In this document: positions 14,481 to 27,098 of the stretch, in pieces | Layout of the letters: the number at the start of each line of letters is the position of its first letter | Numbering within the stretch: the first letter of the stretch is position 1 | Source of the DNA: Octopus sinensis | Taxonomy: Eukaryota | NCBI RefSeq assembly: GCF_006345805.1 | Contig: NW_021832860.1 | Span: forward strand, 1-64,000 | DNA: 64,000 nt | Reading direction: 5' to 3' | The notes under the pieces: generated by a model | Told to the model about the DNA's origin: nothing | Databases searched by the model: none | The model's input: the letters and a program-made list of their open reading frames with translations, nothing else | Made by a program: the position numbers and the translations under genes

Positions 14481-14490
<10 letters not shown>
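13232..14490 (+). repeat. Tandem duplication, ~640-bp unit x2
   Basis: Near-identical units; (TA)n at all three junctions. Confidence 0.95.
13305..13570 (-). mobile_element. mariner-derived MITE (second copy ~13945-14210)
   Basis: TIR TTGGGTTGGT(A/G)CATAATTATTGC; minus strand LPDKWEAVIEVDGEYAPE* is a mariner transposase C-terminus. Confidence 0.8.
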
Positions 14491-14514
<24 letters not shown>

Positions 14515-15032
14515 CGGGAAGCTTTATGAAAATAGACAAAAGACGAAGGCAGGTGGAAAACAAACAAACAATTGTATTAGTATGGCGCTCAGGAAATATA
14601 TATATATATATATGGATATATTATGCTGCTGGTCACAAACTACTGTAATATAAAGCATTCATGTAACTAAAGATTTTGAAAACCCGTATGAGAAATTATT
14701 CTGTTACTCTTGTGAGTATATAATAATATAATGCAGGATTAATAACTGGTGAAAATCCCTTTATTTAATCAAGGTCACGTGGTTAAATAAAATCTATATA
14801 TACCTGTCTTAGCTCTTTAATTTTCATGCTTTTTACACCTTGATTTTCATATATCTTATCACTTTACCTCAATAACTTCCTCGTTTTACTTGTGTCCTGA
14901 TACACAAACACACGCACGCGCACCTACGCACACACACACACATTACTTATGTTTATGAATATTACTTCTCGCTATCTTTCTCTGTCTGTCTGTCTGTCTC
15001 TCTTTCTCTCTCTCCCTCTCTCTCCACACACA

Positions 15033-15420
15033 CTCTTTTACTCTTTTACTTGTTTCAGTCATTTGACTGCGGCCATGCTGGAGCATCACCTTTAATCGAG
15101 CAACTCTTACTCTTTGTAAGCCCAGTACTTATTCTATCGGTCTCTTTTGCCGAACCGCTAACTGACGGGGACATAAACACACCAGCATCGGTTGTCAAGC
15201 AATGCTAGGGGGACAAACACAGACACACAAACACACGCACATATATTTTATATACATATATACGACGGGCTTCTTACAGTTTCCGTCAACCAAATCCACT
15301 CACAAGGTTTTGGTCGGACCGAGGCTATAGTAGGAGACACGTAACCAAGGTTCCACGCAATGGGACTGAACCCGGAACCATGTGGTTGGTAAACAAGCTA
15401 CTTACCACACAGCCACTCCT
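15033..15420 (-). mobile_element. SINE family B
   Basis: Full-length reverse copy. Confidence 0.9.
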
Positions 15421-15724
15421 GCACATATACTGTTATATTTTGTTTTGGTCAAATTGCAAATTAAAAATAAAAACTAATTATTTGATCAATTCTTTAGCTT
15501 TATTATTATTAGTAGTTTACCTGTCAGAGTTCTTGCGTGACCTCTTTAATAACTTTCCGTCTCTTCTATATCTTATCGTCTCTAGTCTTGTCCTGTCTAT
15601 TTCATCTTTTCTTTCTTGGCAAAAGATGACTATCTCCAAATATAACAACATCTATTTCAATACACGATTTCACATCAAGAATCTTGCAAAACAAATACAA
15701 AAATGCATAATCGTGTATGTATAA

Positions 15725-15798
<74 letters not shown>

Positions 15799-15801
15799 AT
15801 T

Positions 15802-15998
15802 ATATTAAATTAGTGATAAAACCACTATTAGGCAAATCATACAATGAAAACTTAAGCCAATACATAAGATAATACTTATTATCTTGTTTTAATAATTTTG
15901 ATATATATTTAAATAATATAATCAATTAATCTTATGTATTGGCTTAAGTTTTTCATTGTATGATTTGCCTAATAGTGGTTTTATCTCTAATTTAATAT
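15802..15998. repeat. Inverted repeat (~68-bp arms) in (TA)n, PLE-type relic
   Basis: ATATTAAATTAGTGATAAAACCACTATTAGGCAAATCATACAATGAAAACTTAAGCCAATACATAAGAT and its reverse complement. Confidence 0.85.
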
Positions 15999-17139
15999 AA
16001 TATTATATTTTACTACAAAATTGGATTCAATCCTAAATCTGATTTTTCCCTGTAAGTTTGGATTTATTCCCTAATATTTTATTATATATATATAAATTTA
16101 CCCTTTTCCTAGCTCTCAGACTTGGTCTCCGGTTTGAAGATACCTTCATCTTTCCTATCGCATCAGTCTCACAAATCTTCTAAAGGTGACACAGTCACTC
16201 CCTTCTCTCCTGACTAAAATATAAATCAAATTAATGTCATTATCCATGTGGGTGTTACTCTACTACACAGCGACAAGCCAACGAGTCCCCTTGTCAACAG
16301 CCAAATTTGTACCTTTCTAAGGCGAGATTTAACGTACAAGAGCCACAACGTGATATCAACGTATCCCCTTTTCATCAGTCGACATTCTTCTCCACTCTCA
16401 ATTTATTTTCTTTCAATGTCTTTCTCTTCTGCTATTACTCTTACACACCCATATTCACTGAAGGTAGCATGTCACGGTGTCATGTTATATAAAACCTGTT
16501 CGATTTCCAAATTCAAAGAATTGACAAAAGTCTTTCGGTGAACGCACAATTCCCAATCATTTCTATCTCACCATCCACGTTAGTTCCATATTCTGCGTAT
16601 ATGCGCACCATCTTTCTATTACTTGTTATTTCATAAACTTAATTTTTTTCTCTAACTTTTACCATCTTACGTATATGAACCGCGCCGACAGAATACAGTT
16701 GAAATTAATATTTCTCTCAAACAAACCTCTCTTCCACCATAAGTAAAACAAATATTTCTTTTACTGTAATTGTTTTTAGTTTTCTAGTCAGAAACTAGTT
16801 TTACTAAAGATACTGTAGCTGATGCAGTTCTGCAGTTTTATTTTCTCTTTGATCTCATTTCTTCTCTTATTAGTCTTCACAAATACTTGAGAAAAATAAT
16901 CAACAATCAACACGGGGAGTCTCTTTTATTCCATTTGGATAGATCAGAGTCTTTCTGTTTTTAGCTCTTATTGCTTTGCTTCATTTTAAAATTGTCAACT
17001 GTTATTCCATTCTGTATATATTTTTTGTGTGTGTCTGTGTCTTTATCAAGATGTCATGTTACTGAGTACTTCTTTATTATGACTTACTAAAACATTACTA
17101 ACCTTAACACATGAATTAATGACTTTACTACTGACTACC

Positions 17140-17330
17140 TTTGTATTTCCAACGAGAAATTCAATGGCTTTTGTCAGTACATTCTTGAAAAGGCTACGTG
17201 ATATAATATACCTTTGTCTAACACCATATATTACTTTAAATCTGTAATTTGATGAATGTTTAACCGAAATTACACTGTCTGCATTTTCATAGAACAAATT
17301 TATAACGTTTCTTATTTGAATGTACACTTA
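17140..17330 (-). pseudogene. Non-LTR retrotransposon RT fragment (RTE/CR1-like); copy at 61600-61731 on +
   Basis: NLFYENADSVISV..RFKVIYGVRQRYIISRSLFKNVL matches GVRQGCxLSPxLFNxVL. Confidence 0.75.
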
Positions 17331-18012
17331 TCGTTTCTCATAGCAAGCCAATATACTCCATGTCATGCATACATCAGAAGACTATTTACGATCAATGAAT
17401 TTATTACGCCAAGGTCGACTTTGCCTTTCATCCTTTTGGAATCGATAAAAGAAGTACCAGTTGAAAGCCGGGGTTGATGTAATTGTCTTACACCTCACCT
17501 CGAAAATTTGAAACCAGTATCAATGAATTTGTATATTGATCTAAATTTTAAGTTAATATTTATCATTATTATATGATTTAATATTATATAATTTAATATT
17601 TGTCATTTTTTCTAAATATAGCACAAAGCAACCTGTTTTTAAGGCGAGGGGCTAAGATTGTAATTTATACGCATTTTATGGGCTACGAAAGAATGAAAGC
17701 AAAGGTGATCTCGGAGGCATTTGATCTCAGAAAGAAAAGCTGGAATAAATGCAGCCAAGCATTGTGACCAGTGTAGCTAACGATTCTCACAGCTCATTGA
17801 CTCCTTACTTCTAATCAATTCAGGCGACGAGCTGGCAGAATCGTTAGCACGCCGGGCGAAATGCTCAGCGGTATTCCGTTTGCCGCTACGTTCTGAGTTC
17901 AAATTCCGCCGAGGTCCACTTTGCCTTTCATCCATTCGGGGTCGATAAATTAAGTACCAGTTACGCACTGGGGTCGATATAATCGACATAATCCGTTTGT
18001 CTGTCCTTGTTT
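17191..18012 (+). repeat. Copy 1 of ~820-bp inverted duplication (partner 60911-61731)
   Basis: Colinear reverse-complement match including non-SINE spacer sequence. Confidence 0.92.
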
Positions 18013-18226
18013 GTCCTCTCTGTGATTAGCTCCTTGTGGGTTGTAAAGAAATAGGTATTTCGCCCGTCGCTATGTTTTGAGTTTAACTTCCGCTGAGGTC
18101 GACTTTGCCTTTCATCATTGCGGAGTTCGATAAATTAAGTACCAGTTACGCACTGGGGTCGATGTAATCGACTTAACCCAACCCCCAAAATTTCAGGCCT
18201 TGTGCCTATTTTAGAAAGGATTATTT
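17822..18226 (+). mobile_element. SINE family A, head plus two units
   Basis: Consensus match; TSD TTCTAATCAAT. Confidence 0.88.
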
Positions 18227-18623
18227 CTAATCAATAAAAGTTACTAATTACTCACTCTATGCACACATGCACAACTTGAGTTTATTTCCATGACAGTTAT
18301 ATGAATCTGATTATTTTATACACCCATCCTTAGTAGGCTTACAATATCATTGTTCTTGATGGTTTGCATTTAATATGGTTTGCATTGGGCAGTGTCATTT
18401 TAAATCAGTAAACTTAATCCTAAGCTATTTCTTTTATTTCCAAGTCATTATACAACTTGCTCATTCCAACTACCACGATAACATCTTACACAACATTTGC
18501 TTTCAACTTCCATTGTGTCTTTCGTTTTGTTTATTAATGTTTTATTTCAAGACATTTACCAAAACACCCTGCATCCTTATTATTATATTTGTTTGGGGCA
18601 GAAAAGTGAAAAACATAGATGGC

Positions 18624-19594
18624 ATGGAAAAATGAGAACAAGAGAAATAATATTCTTAAGATTATAAACCTATTAAAGTACAGGACAAGTTATTAAACTT
18701 GGAAAAGTTCCGGACAACTTATTACATCTGGTAAAGTACAGAAAAAGAAAATTTTTACTGAAAATAATTGTAGCTAAGGATAAAATTTGAATATTAAAAA
18801 TTATTTGATTTTGATTTACAAAGTAGCATTATAATTAAAGAGGTACCATCATTTTGTTAAAATATTGACAGACCAGAATACTTAAAATTGATAGCCAGAA
18901 GTACTAATATAACTAAAGATTTATGCAAAGTAAAATAGTACGCAGATTCATTATGTAAAAGATAGGCATTGGGTCAAAACTAAAAATGTGAAGACTTGGC
19001 AATAACTTAGGCTATAACTCAAGCAAATTTTACTGTGAAATTGTTGTAATACAAAGATTTTACTGTAATATATAACTAATTTTTGTATTATTCTATTATT
19101 ATTCTATTTGGGGGTTGGGTTAAGTCGATTACATCGACCCCAGTGCGTAACTGGTACTTAATTTATCGAACTCCGCAATGATGAAAGGCAAAGTCGACCT
19201 AGGCGAAATTTAAACTCAAAATGCTTTTGTATGCTTTCTATAACCGCTTTTCAAATTTCTAATTATTAATAGTTAAAAAAATTAATTTTTTTTAAGTGCA
19301 AAAATATTTGTAGATATTTATTTTTATTTTTAACAGTAGTAACAAGTAATAAAAAATAGAATTAACAACTTGTACTAAATTTTTAGTTTTAATAAAAGCT
19401 AATATATCTAAATCTAAATATTTTATTTTAAATTTTATCCTTAGCTGCAATATTTTAAGTAAAAATTTTCTTGTTCTGTACTTTACCAGATATAATAAGT
19501 TGTCCTGAACTTTTCCAAGGGTAATACCTTGTACTGTACTCTTCCAGGTTTACAATGTTAAGAATATTATTTCTCTTGCTCGCATTTTTCCATG
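18624..19594. mobile_element. Foldback/MITE element with ~180-bp TIRs
   Basis: CATGGAAAAATG...GCTAAGGATAAAATTT is mirrored by AAATTTTATCCTTAGC...CATTTTTCCATG; subterminal GGACAA(G/C)TTATTA repeats. Confidence 0.85.
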
Positions 19595-20049
19595 TAATAT
19601 ACACATGCTTCAATAAACGTACTTATGTCATTTCTAAACTGAATTTTTTTTTTAATGAGAGCATTTAAAATTTTTACCTCATAGAAACAAATTCAATAAA
19701 CATAACACTTATTTTTATTGCTCAATCTAGAAAAACAGTCAAACATATGCACCACCACAGCAGTATATATGCTTGTGTGTGTATGTGTGTGTGTTGCGAA
19801 CTGCTTGTGCAATTGTCTGTATGTGAGCGCTGTACATACATACATACATAAATACATACATACATACATACATATATGTATTATGGTTAAGGAGATTCGA
19901 AATTCATGAATCATTTTGCTTTTGTAAAATGAAAGCCTAATTTATATTAATTCTTCAAAATGCTACGTAGAATATCTGTAATAGTGACCCGTAATTCAAA
20001 TAACGTTGAACTCATGGAGAGTGACAAATACAGCATTGTATATGGTGAT

Positions 20050-21680
20050 GAAAAGCTCATCTTTCCTAAAACTTCCATTGCATCGGTGTGTGTCACAGAA
20101 ATCAAATTATAAAAGCGTGAACGGTAGGCCGTTACATTTTAGGTCTCCAATACAAAATCTTACATCCAACATGATGCATTCAATAGACAGGCTACACAGA
20201 TACCAAATCCTAATATCATCCAAGATAAAATGCTTAGTTACTAACAAACCCAACAAAACAATTTTCTCCGATGTTCTTGACGATTAGAAGCTGCAGGCTC
20301 TCGAGAAAATGGACGTGTGTTTACTTTGTCCGGAAAGAATTACAAGATGATTAAATAGGCGGTTGCTTATGGTAACTTGAAGTTTTTGACACAGAGGGAT
20401 GCAGCTCGGTATTTGTTAGAGGTAACTAGGTTTTATTTTCTTTCTTTCTTTTGATCATTCTGTAGTGTTTTTCAATAGACCGAAATAGTTTTGTGGTGTG
20501 AGCTACATTTGAAACAGATTGCTTGGTAACCAACCACTTTACTGGGTTAGTATGATAGAAACCAGGCTTTGCAATTGCGATGGGGAAAAGGAAGAATTGA
20601 CACTGAGTTTTGGTGGATATTTTGTTTATTAAATGAACTTGGAGATATATGGTGAGGAAATGTTAATTCTACAGCAAGGAAAGTCTTGATTGATGAGTGG
20701 GCGTTAGGTTATTATGATCAAAAGAAAAGAATCTCTTTTAGTCAGAGCTCACAACGCCTTGCTGCAATATGGATGGTAAGACAGCTGCCAAGCTACCGAA
20801 TATTAGAGAATACTTTTATTTTCTTGATGCTTCTATTTTCCTGGCTATCGTTTTTACAGAATCTGAGTCTAATACAAATTTAGCTAATGGAATATATTCA
20901 AGGTATGATAAGTACTGTTCATAGCAAAAACAAAACAAAATACCCTGCTCTGCTGCAAAGAGTCGATTGTTTAATTGTAATCTGCGGTCATTGACTGATT
21001 AAGGAATATGCTTAGAGAAAATGATTCGGTATCTTGGAGCAACCGGAGTCTTATAGAAGGCGAAGAGAACTGAGAAAACTATAGGGATTAGCTAGGCATG
21101 GAGGAACTGAAAGCTTTGGAAGTTATGGATTAAAAACATGTAAGATTTGTGGCCTACATTTATCAACTGTCAATCATTTACTTGGACTGAAACAGTAGTG
21201 GCTGTACGATAGCTGGTGTTAGAGGTGAAAGAGAGATCAATGCTTTTGGCGCTTCGCCTCCGAAATCAAACAAATTGATCGTTTAGTTGATCCTGTCTTT
21301 GTTAAGAGGGGCAAAATCTTCCGGAGAAGATCTTTCACAATTACAAAAGGGATTCTGGAGTAAATGCTGTGTACATATATGGATTTGATTGTTGCTTGTG
21401 GTATGTGATATTCATTAGAAAGTTAGAGTTGGTATATAACTTCTGTCGTTCGCCAACATTCTACCTCTAAAATGTCCTTGTAGTTGAACCTTTTCTGCCA
21501 AATTACGCTAACATGAGTGTTTGCAAGTCTTACGCACGACGCTTCGAAGTCTACATTGTCGATGAATATTGATACCTTAGGGGTGGTTTCCTTATATCTT
21601 AATGGTTTGATTTCGAGCTTGCAACATTTTCGGCTGGATGATATGATTTGGTTAAAGACCAATTCTTTTCTTTTCATCTA
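20050..21680 (-). pseudogene. Decayed Penelope-like element (RT plus GIY-YIG)
   Basis: Ordered minus-strand relics: KPLRY..TTPKVSIFID, IKSIY/YT, PCLAN, RYRIIF, PY.SKAL, KQPP, ECI..FCIGD; many stops and frameshifts. Confidence 0.5.
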
Positions 21681-21952
21681 GCACACCGTCGCTTACGACA
21701 AGGGTTCCAGTTGATCTGATCAAGGGAACATCCTGTTCATGAAATTATGCGTAAAATGGTTGAGTATTCCAAAAAGACGTGTACTCTTAACATGGTTCTC
21801 ACCATGACATTGAATGTGACAAGGTTGGACTTTTGAAATACAGGTTCAACTCAATGTTGCTAGTTCAAGGACACAACGTTCTGCTGAAAATCGAACTCAC
21901 AACCTTACAACCGTGAGCCGAATGTCCTAACCACTTGGCCATACGCCTTCAC
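21680..21952 (-). mobile_element. tRNA-derived SINE family E
   Basis: Minus head GAAGGCGTATGGCCAAGTGGTTAGGACATTCGG...GAGTTCGATT, then TGTGTCCTTGAAC. Confidence 0.7.
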
Positions 21953-22281
21953 TAAGGACCAATAAGGAAAGGTTCTACAGCAGCTTCCGCTTATACTTCA
22001 ATGAATGCAGCCATGGCATGGAGGCTAAGGAATCTTTGAGGCCTTAGGTTTTATACGACAGCAATATATCTAAAGCAAGTGCCTTTAACATAGCCTCGAG
22101 TCACTCCCGGGCTTGTGGGTGAAATTGCTTCAACAGAAAACTAAGCAGAAACCGTGAAGTTGACGGCATCTGTTGCTCAGGTGTCTACTCTTGTGTCTCA
22201 ATTGTAGCGTTGATTGGGCTTCGAACTCAAAATTATATATAATGCCTACCGGCTTTTCGGATATTCACTCACTTATGTGTA

Positions 22282-22600
22282 CATTTAACGAATGGACTGG
22301 ACATTTTAACTCTTCCGAGATGCATAAACATCATAGAAATAGATAGGAGGACTCTAGTACACCCATCCAGTCGAAAGATCTGAAGGAGGAAATAGTCAAG
22401 AAAATGACATACCGTTGGTTGGAGGTCGGCCTCAAATTTATATAAAAGGCATACGGGACCTCGGAACATTCATATTTAACGTATGGACAGAACATTTCAA
22501 TTTTTTCCTAGATGAATACTCATCTTAGAAATCGATAGAGGAACTCTCGTGCATCCGTCCATGGGAAAGGTCTGAAGGAGGAAATAGTCAAGAATATGAC
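22282..22600 (+). repeat. Diverged direct repeat, period ~191 bp
   Basis: Both units end TCTGAAGGAGGAAATAGTCAAGAA(A/T)ATGAC. Confidence 0.8.
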
Positions 22601-23081
22601 GTGCACATTGCGTGTGTTCGTGTATGCGTGTGTGTGTGTGTGTATGTGTGTGTGCGCGTGCATGTGTGTATGTTTGTGTTTGTATGCGTATGTGTGTGTG
22701 TGTGTGTGCGAGTGGTATGTGCGTATGTATATGTGAGCACATTCTTCTTAAATATTTGCCAAAATAAAGAAATCATTGAAAACCCTATTCAGCTTCCTTT
22801 CAACTTCTCTTCTATCTTCCCATACATATTACGTACATAAGTATATAGGTAGGTATATATAATACTTACTCATATAGGTATGTACTTATGTAGACAAGGA
22901 TGTAGTTTTTTTTTTCAATATTTATTCAATAATCTTGTTATCTGTATCGAAATATTATTATCTGAATTTCTACGTGCTTGGAAACGTAAAAGTGTGTGCA
23001 TCCGGTCTCTTAGTATTCTTCCACAGTTTGTACGCCTTCTTCTCTCTCTTTGTGTATGTGTATATATATATATATATATAA

Positions 23082-23302
23082 CAATTACAGCGTGAAAGGT
23101 GTTTATAAGCCATTTAAGAAACACACACAAACCGTTAGATTCACTTCAACATTTAAATTTAATTTGCCAAAATATTTTCGTCGCTTTGAGACCTCGACCT
23201 GTTCACTGACAAAATTACGTGCAGGATTTAAATGTTGAAGCGAATCTAGCTGTTTTTGCGTGTTTCTTAAATGGCTTATAAACACCTTCCACGCTGCAAT
23301 TG
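23082..23302. repeat. Inverted repeat (~77-bp arms) enclosing an HHR-like spacer
   Basis: CAATTACAGCGTGAAAGGTGTTTATAAGCCATTTAAGAAACAC...ATTTAAAT is mirrored at 23226-23302. Confidence 0.9.
23161..23216 (-). ncRNA. Minimal type I hammerhead-like motif with G3:C8 core variant
   Basis: TTTGTCA GTGAACA G GTCG-loop-CGAC GAAA ATA TTT TGGCAAA: stems I and II pair, stem III is palindromic. Confidence 0.6.
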
Positions 23303-23359
23303 CTTTCGTTCCAGCACACGATCTCGGATCAGGTCACTTGCTATGCACATACATCTCCG

Positions 23360-23401
<42 letters not shown>

Positions 23402-23908
23402 TGAGATAGGGGTTGTAAATGCAAACCTCCATGGGATAACATATATCCAATATACTAACACTTTGCATGGTATTGTAATACTATTGTGACTATCTTGCTA
23501 ATAATGGAATTTATGTATTGTTTCTCTAGTATTAGCGTTATTAATAATAATATGAATGATGATATTGGTAGCATTAGTGGTAACGACAATGATGATGATG
23601 CTAGCATTAATGACATTTTAGAAATTAATAAGAACTAATAGAATGTAATTTTGACACTCTATATCTGCATTTAGGTATTAATATGTGTATGTTTTTCTAT
23701 GTTGTAATTATCACAACATTAAGTTGAAAAACTGTAACATTGAATGTGGAGCATATGTATGTTTATTAATTTATATTATTTATATCATTATGTAAATGTA
23801 TATTTATATGTATAGGAGTATGAGTATATGCACTCATATGTATATGTATATGTTTTATTATAGGTATGTACCCACACCTATATAAGTATGTATGTAATCT
23901 AATTTGTA

Positions 23909-24023
23909 ATCTCCGAAGAGGCCTTAGGATGTCTCATTTATAACTACATATTGACCTACCATAAATGGCTAATATAAGTTAAATGAGACATGCTTATCTA
24001 CTTGGCCGAAACAGCTGTAAGAT
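23909..24023 (+). ncRNA. Type I hammerhead-like motif, U4C core, long stem II
   Basis: ATCT CCGAAGA GGCC...ATGTCTCATTTA..TAAATGAGACAT...GGCC GAAAC AGCT GTA AGAT. Confidence 0.65.
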
Positions 24024-24243
24024 ATAGTCAATATTTATATTTATGTGTACTTATATTTATTTTCTATTGTATAACATTACTATTTTATGTACACTCCTTC
24101 ATGTACACTGCTTTACCCTGTTTTACCCTGCATTATTATGTTTAACCTTATGGTTTCTTATGTGGTGGTTTAATAAAGTATGTGATTGAGTATTATCTGG
24201 TAATTGATATTTGATTTCGATGTATTTCTCCATTTTCTTATTT

Positions 24244-24277
<34 letters not shown>

Positions 24278-24278
24278 A

Positions 24279-24321
<43 letters not shown>

Positions 24322-24365
24322 AGTATTTGTATATACGCACACACACATGTACATATATATATATA

Positions 24366-24578
24366 CAGTATGGCCCAAAAGTAGGTTTACAGTTATAACA
24401 TAGGCACTTTAATTTTCATTAAAAACATTTTATTATAATTAAATTTCTATCTTACAATTAACTAAATTAGCATAGAATTATAGTTTCATATTATTTTTCA
24501 TCATTAAGATCTAAACTGTTGACATATGAATGCGAAAGAGGTAGCTGAATAACTGTAAGGCTACTTTTACCACACCCC

Positions 24579-24581
<3 letters not shown>
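24366..24581. mobile_element. Tc1/mariner-type MITE in (TA)n
   Basis: TIRs CAG...AAAAGTAGGTTTACAGTTAT / ATAACTGTAAGGCTACTTTT...CTG; TA flanks. Confidence 0.75.
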
Positions 24582-24616
<35 letters not shown>

Positions 24617-24788
24617 GTGTCAGTATGTATGTATGGGTGCGTTTTGAATGTTTTTATGTTTGTCTCTCTGTCGCATATATCATCCCTTTCTCCCATTCAT
24701 ACACGCTCACACACGCACACACACACACACACAAACGTAGTCTCGCACGCTCTCATTCGCACATGTACACACACGCATAGAACACGAA

Positions 24789-24827
<39 letters not shown>

Positions 24828-24927
24828 TCCCTTTCTCTCACTCTTCCTTTTTCTTCATCTAATGTTAGCATTCTCCGTTTATGCATATGCGTTTCTGTAT
24901 GTTTCTGTATGTATTATGTATTTGCAT

Positions 24928-24968
<41 letters not shown>

Positions 24969-25136
24969 TTTGTGTGTGTGTGTATCTGTATGTTTATGAC
25001 TCTGTGTGCGTGTGCGCACGTGTGTCTTGTGTCTGTATTTGCTTATGTGCCTGTGTGTGTATTTGTATTTGGTATGTGAGTCTGTTACTATTATTTCTCT
25101 CCCGTACATACATACACTTACATACACACACACACA

Positions 25137-25176
<40 letters not shown>

Positions 25177-25445
25177 TACATACATATAGATTCCCCACCA
25201 CCATTTAAACGAATTCTTCAGAAACGATTCTGTATATAAAAAGGAGTGTGCTACAAGACATTTATTGCTTATTTTTACAGCCACCACACCGACTCACCTG
25301 CAACACACTTAAAACTGCCCCAAACTACTTTTCTCGAAATTGTAAACAAGAACGAAAAAAGATTCTAATTAACAGGTTCTTATAACTATTACAATTGCCA
25401 GCCATAGTCGAAGAATTTGCTAGAATGTAAGTGTGCTGTGAAAGA

Positions 25446-25485
<40 letters not shown>

Positions 25486-25588
25486 GTCTGAGTGTGTGTA
25501 TGTGTGTGTGTATGTGCATTTACTATTTTCTATATATTCACCCACGTGCTTTCACAAATCAACTTTCTTATCTATATCTATATATATA

Positions 25589-25638
<50 letters not shown>

Positions 25639-25925
25639 ATATATATAAAGACCCAAAGCAATATATATATGTGTGTGTGTGTGTGTGTGTATATATATAA
25701 TATATATAATAGATTACAACGTTCGAAGAGGGCAAGATTTTTTTTAGATTGAAATGATGGAGTTAAAAATTCAATTTCAGAATACCAAAATGAAGACGAA
25801 AGATTTGAAGATTTTAAAGAACAACGCGAAAAAATATTCTTCGCAAATACTGCACTGCTTGTCATTATGCAAGCTATGTACATTTTCTTTCATTAACTAA
25901 GTTGCACTATGACAAAGTGCAATAT

Positions 25926-25967
<42 letters not shown>

Positions 25968-26129
25968 GAATTTATATGTATCTAATCAAAAATATTTTAT
26001 ATAAAACTTTAATACATAGTGAGAAACTCATACTCATACATTCATACATACGTAATTATATGGGAACATATGAGATATAGGTACAAAATTCCTACTGAAC
26101 AAAAGAAACTACGAAGCCCTTAAACTTCC

Positions 26130-26712
26130 CAAGATGCGACCAGTGATATCGATTATGTCACATTTCTGCTGAAAATACTTCACATGTGATAACCATCTGC
26201 CTCACCCCCAGACTATTATTATGTGTCTATTTTCCGATGTGGATATGATGATGTTGTTGCTTGAATACTATACAATGCCATCCGTAGAAAAAGACAGCCC
26301 GAGGTGAAATTTCTGTTAGTGAATACATGCATACGTAGGGAATAGAGATATTGGTGGAATATTTCTATCAGAACATCCGCTAAATGCAAACATAACAGGC
26401 TTGGTATAATTGTTTCGGTTAGAAAAGAAAAAAAAGATCTATTGTTATTGAGGTCAGCTTCCCTGTAGACGTGAACATTTCATTCAAAGCCCGTGAGAGA
26501 TTTACAACAACTACTTCAAAACAGTGTCTGTACATAGATTATAAATTGACATTTATATCTAACAATAGCAAAAGTTTATTAAAGGTCGAACTAGCAATCT
26601 CAAGGATCTGACAGTTTTAGAAGAAAGTCACTGGCCAACGCAAAGTCAGTAAATACAATCTGTAAACGGAACAGTAAAAATATGCGATACTTTTCTAAAG
26701 ATTTACATGTAA
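26130..26712 (+). pseudogene. REL-endonuclease non-LTR retrotransposon 3' fragment
   Basis: Decayed CCHC knuckle (RLCHISAENTSHVITIC), YWWNISIRTSAKCKHNR (cf. HNRPD), end GTVKICDTFLK. Confidence 0.7.
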
Positions 26713-26914
26713 TTGTTCAACGTTGTTGTTATTAGATTCTGGCAATTCAATTCTTTCTATAAATAAAAGAGTTGATTTATTTTGTTGGAAATCAGTTATA
26801 TATATATATATAGAGAGAGAGGGGGGGGGGAGAATTGACACAAAAAACAAAAGACGAAGATAGTTGGTGTAGACAACAAAGATGTATTACTATAACGCTC
26901 GGGAATGAAAAAGT

Positions 26915-26950
26915 CTTTAACGTTTCGAGCCTACGCTCTTCCACAGAAAG
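26915..26950 (-). ncRNA. Minimal PLE-type hammerhead-like motif, A6U core
   Basis: CTTT CTGTGGA A GAGC GTAG GCTC GAAAC GTT AAAG. Confidence 0.55.
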
Positions 26951-27022
26951 GAACACAGAGAGAAGCAAGGAGAGAAAATAAAGAATGTGTAGTGGCTAGC
27001 GATATATATATATTTATATATA

Positions 27023-27098
<76 letters not shown>

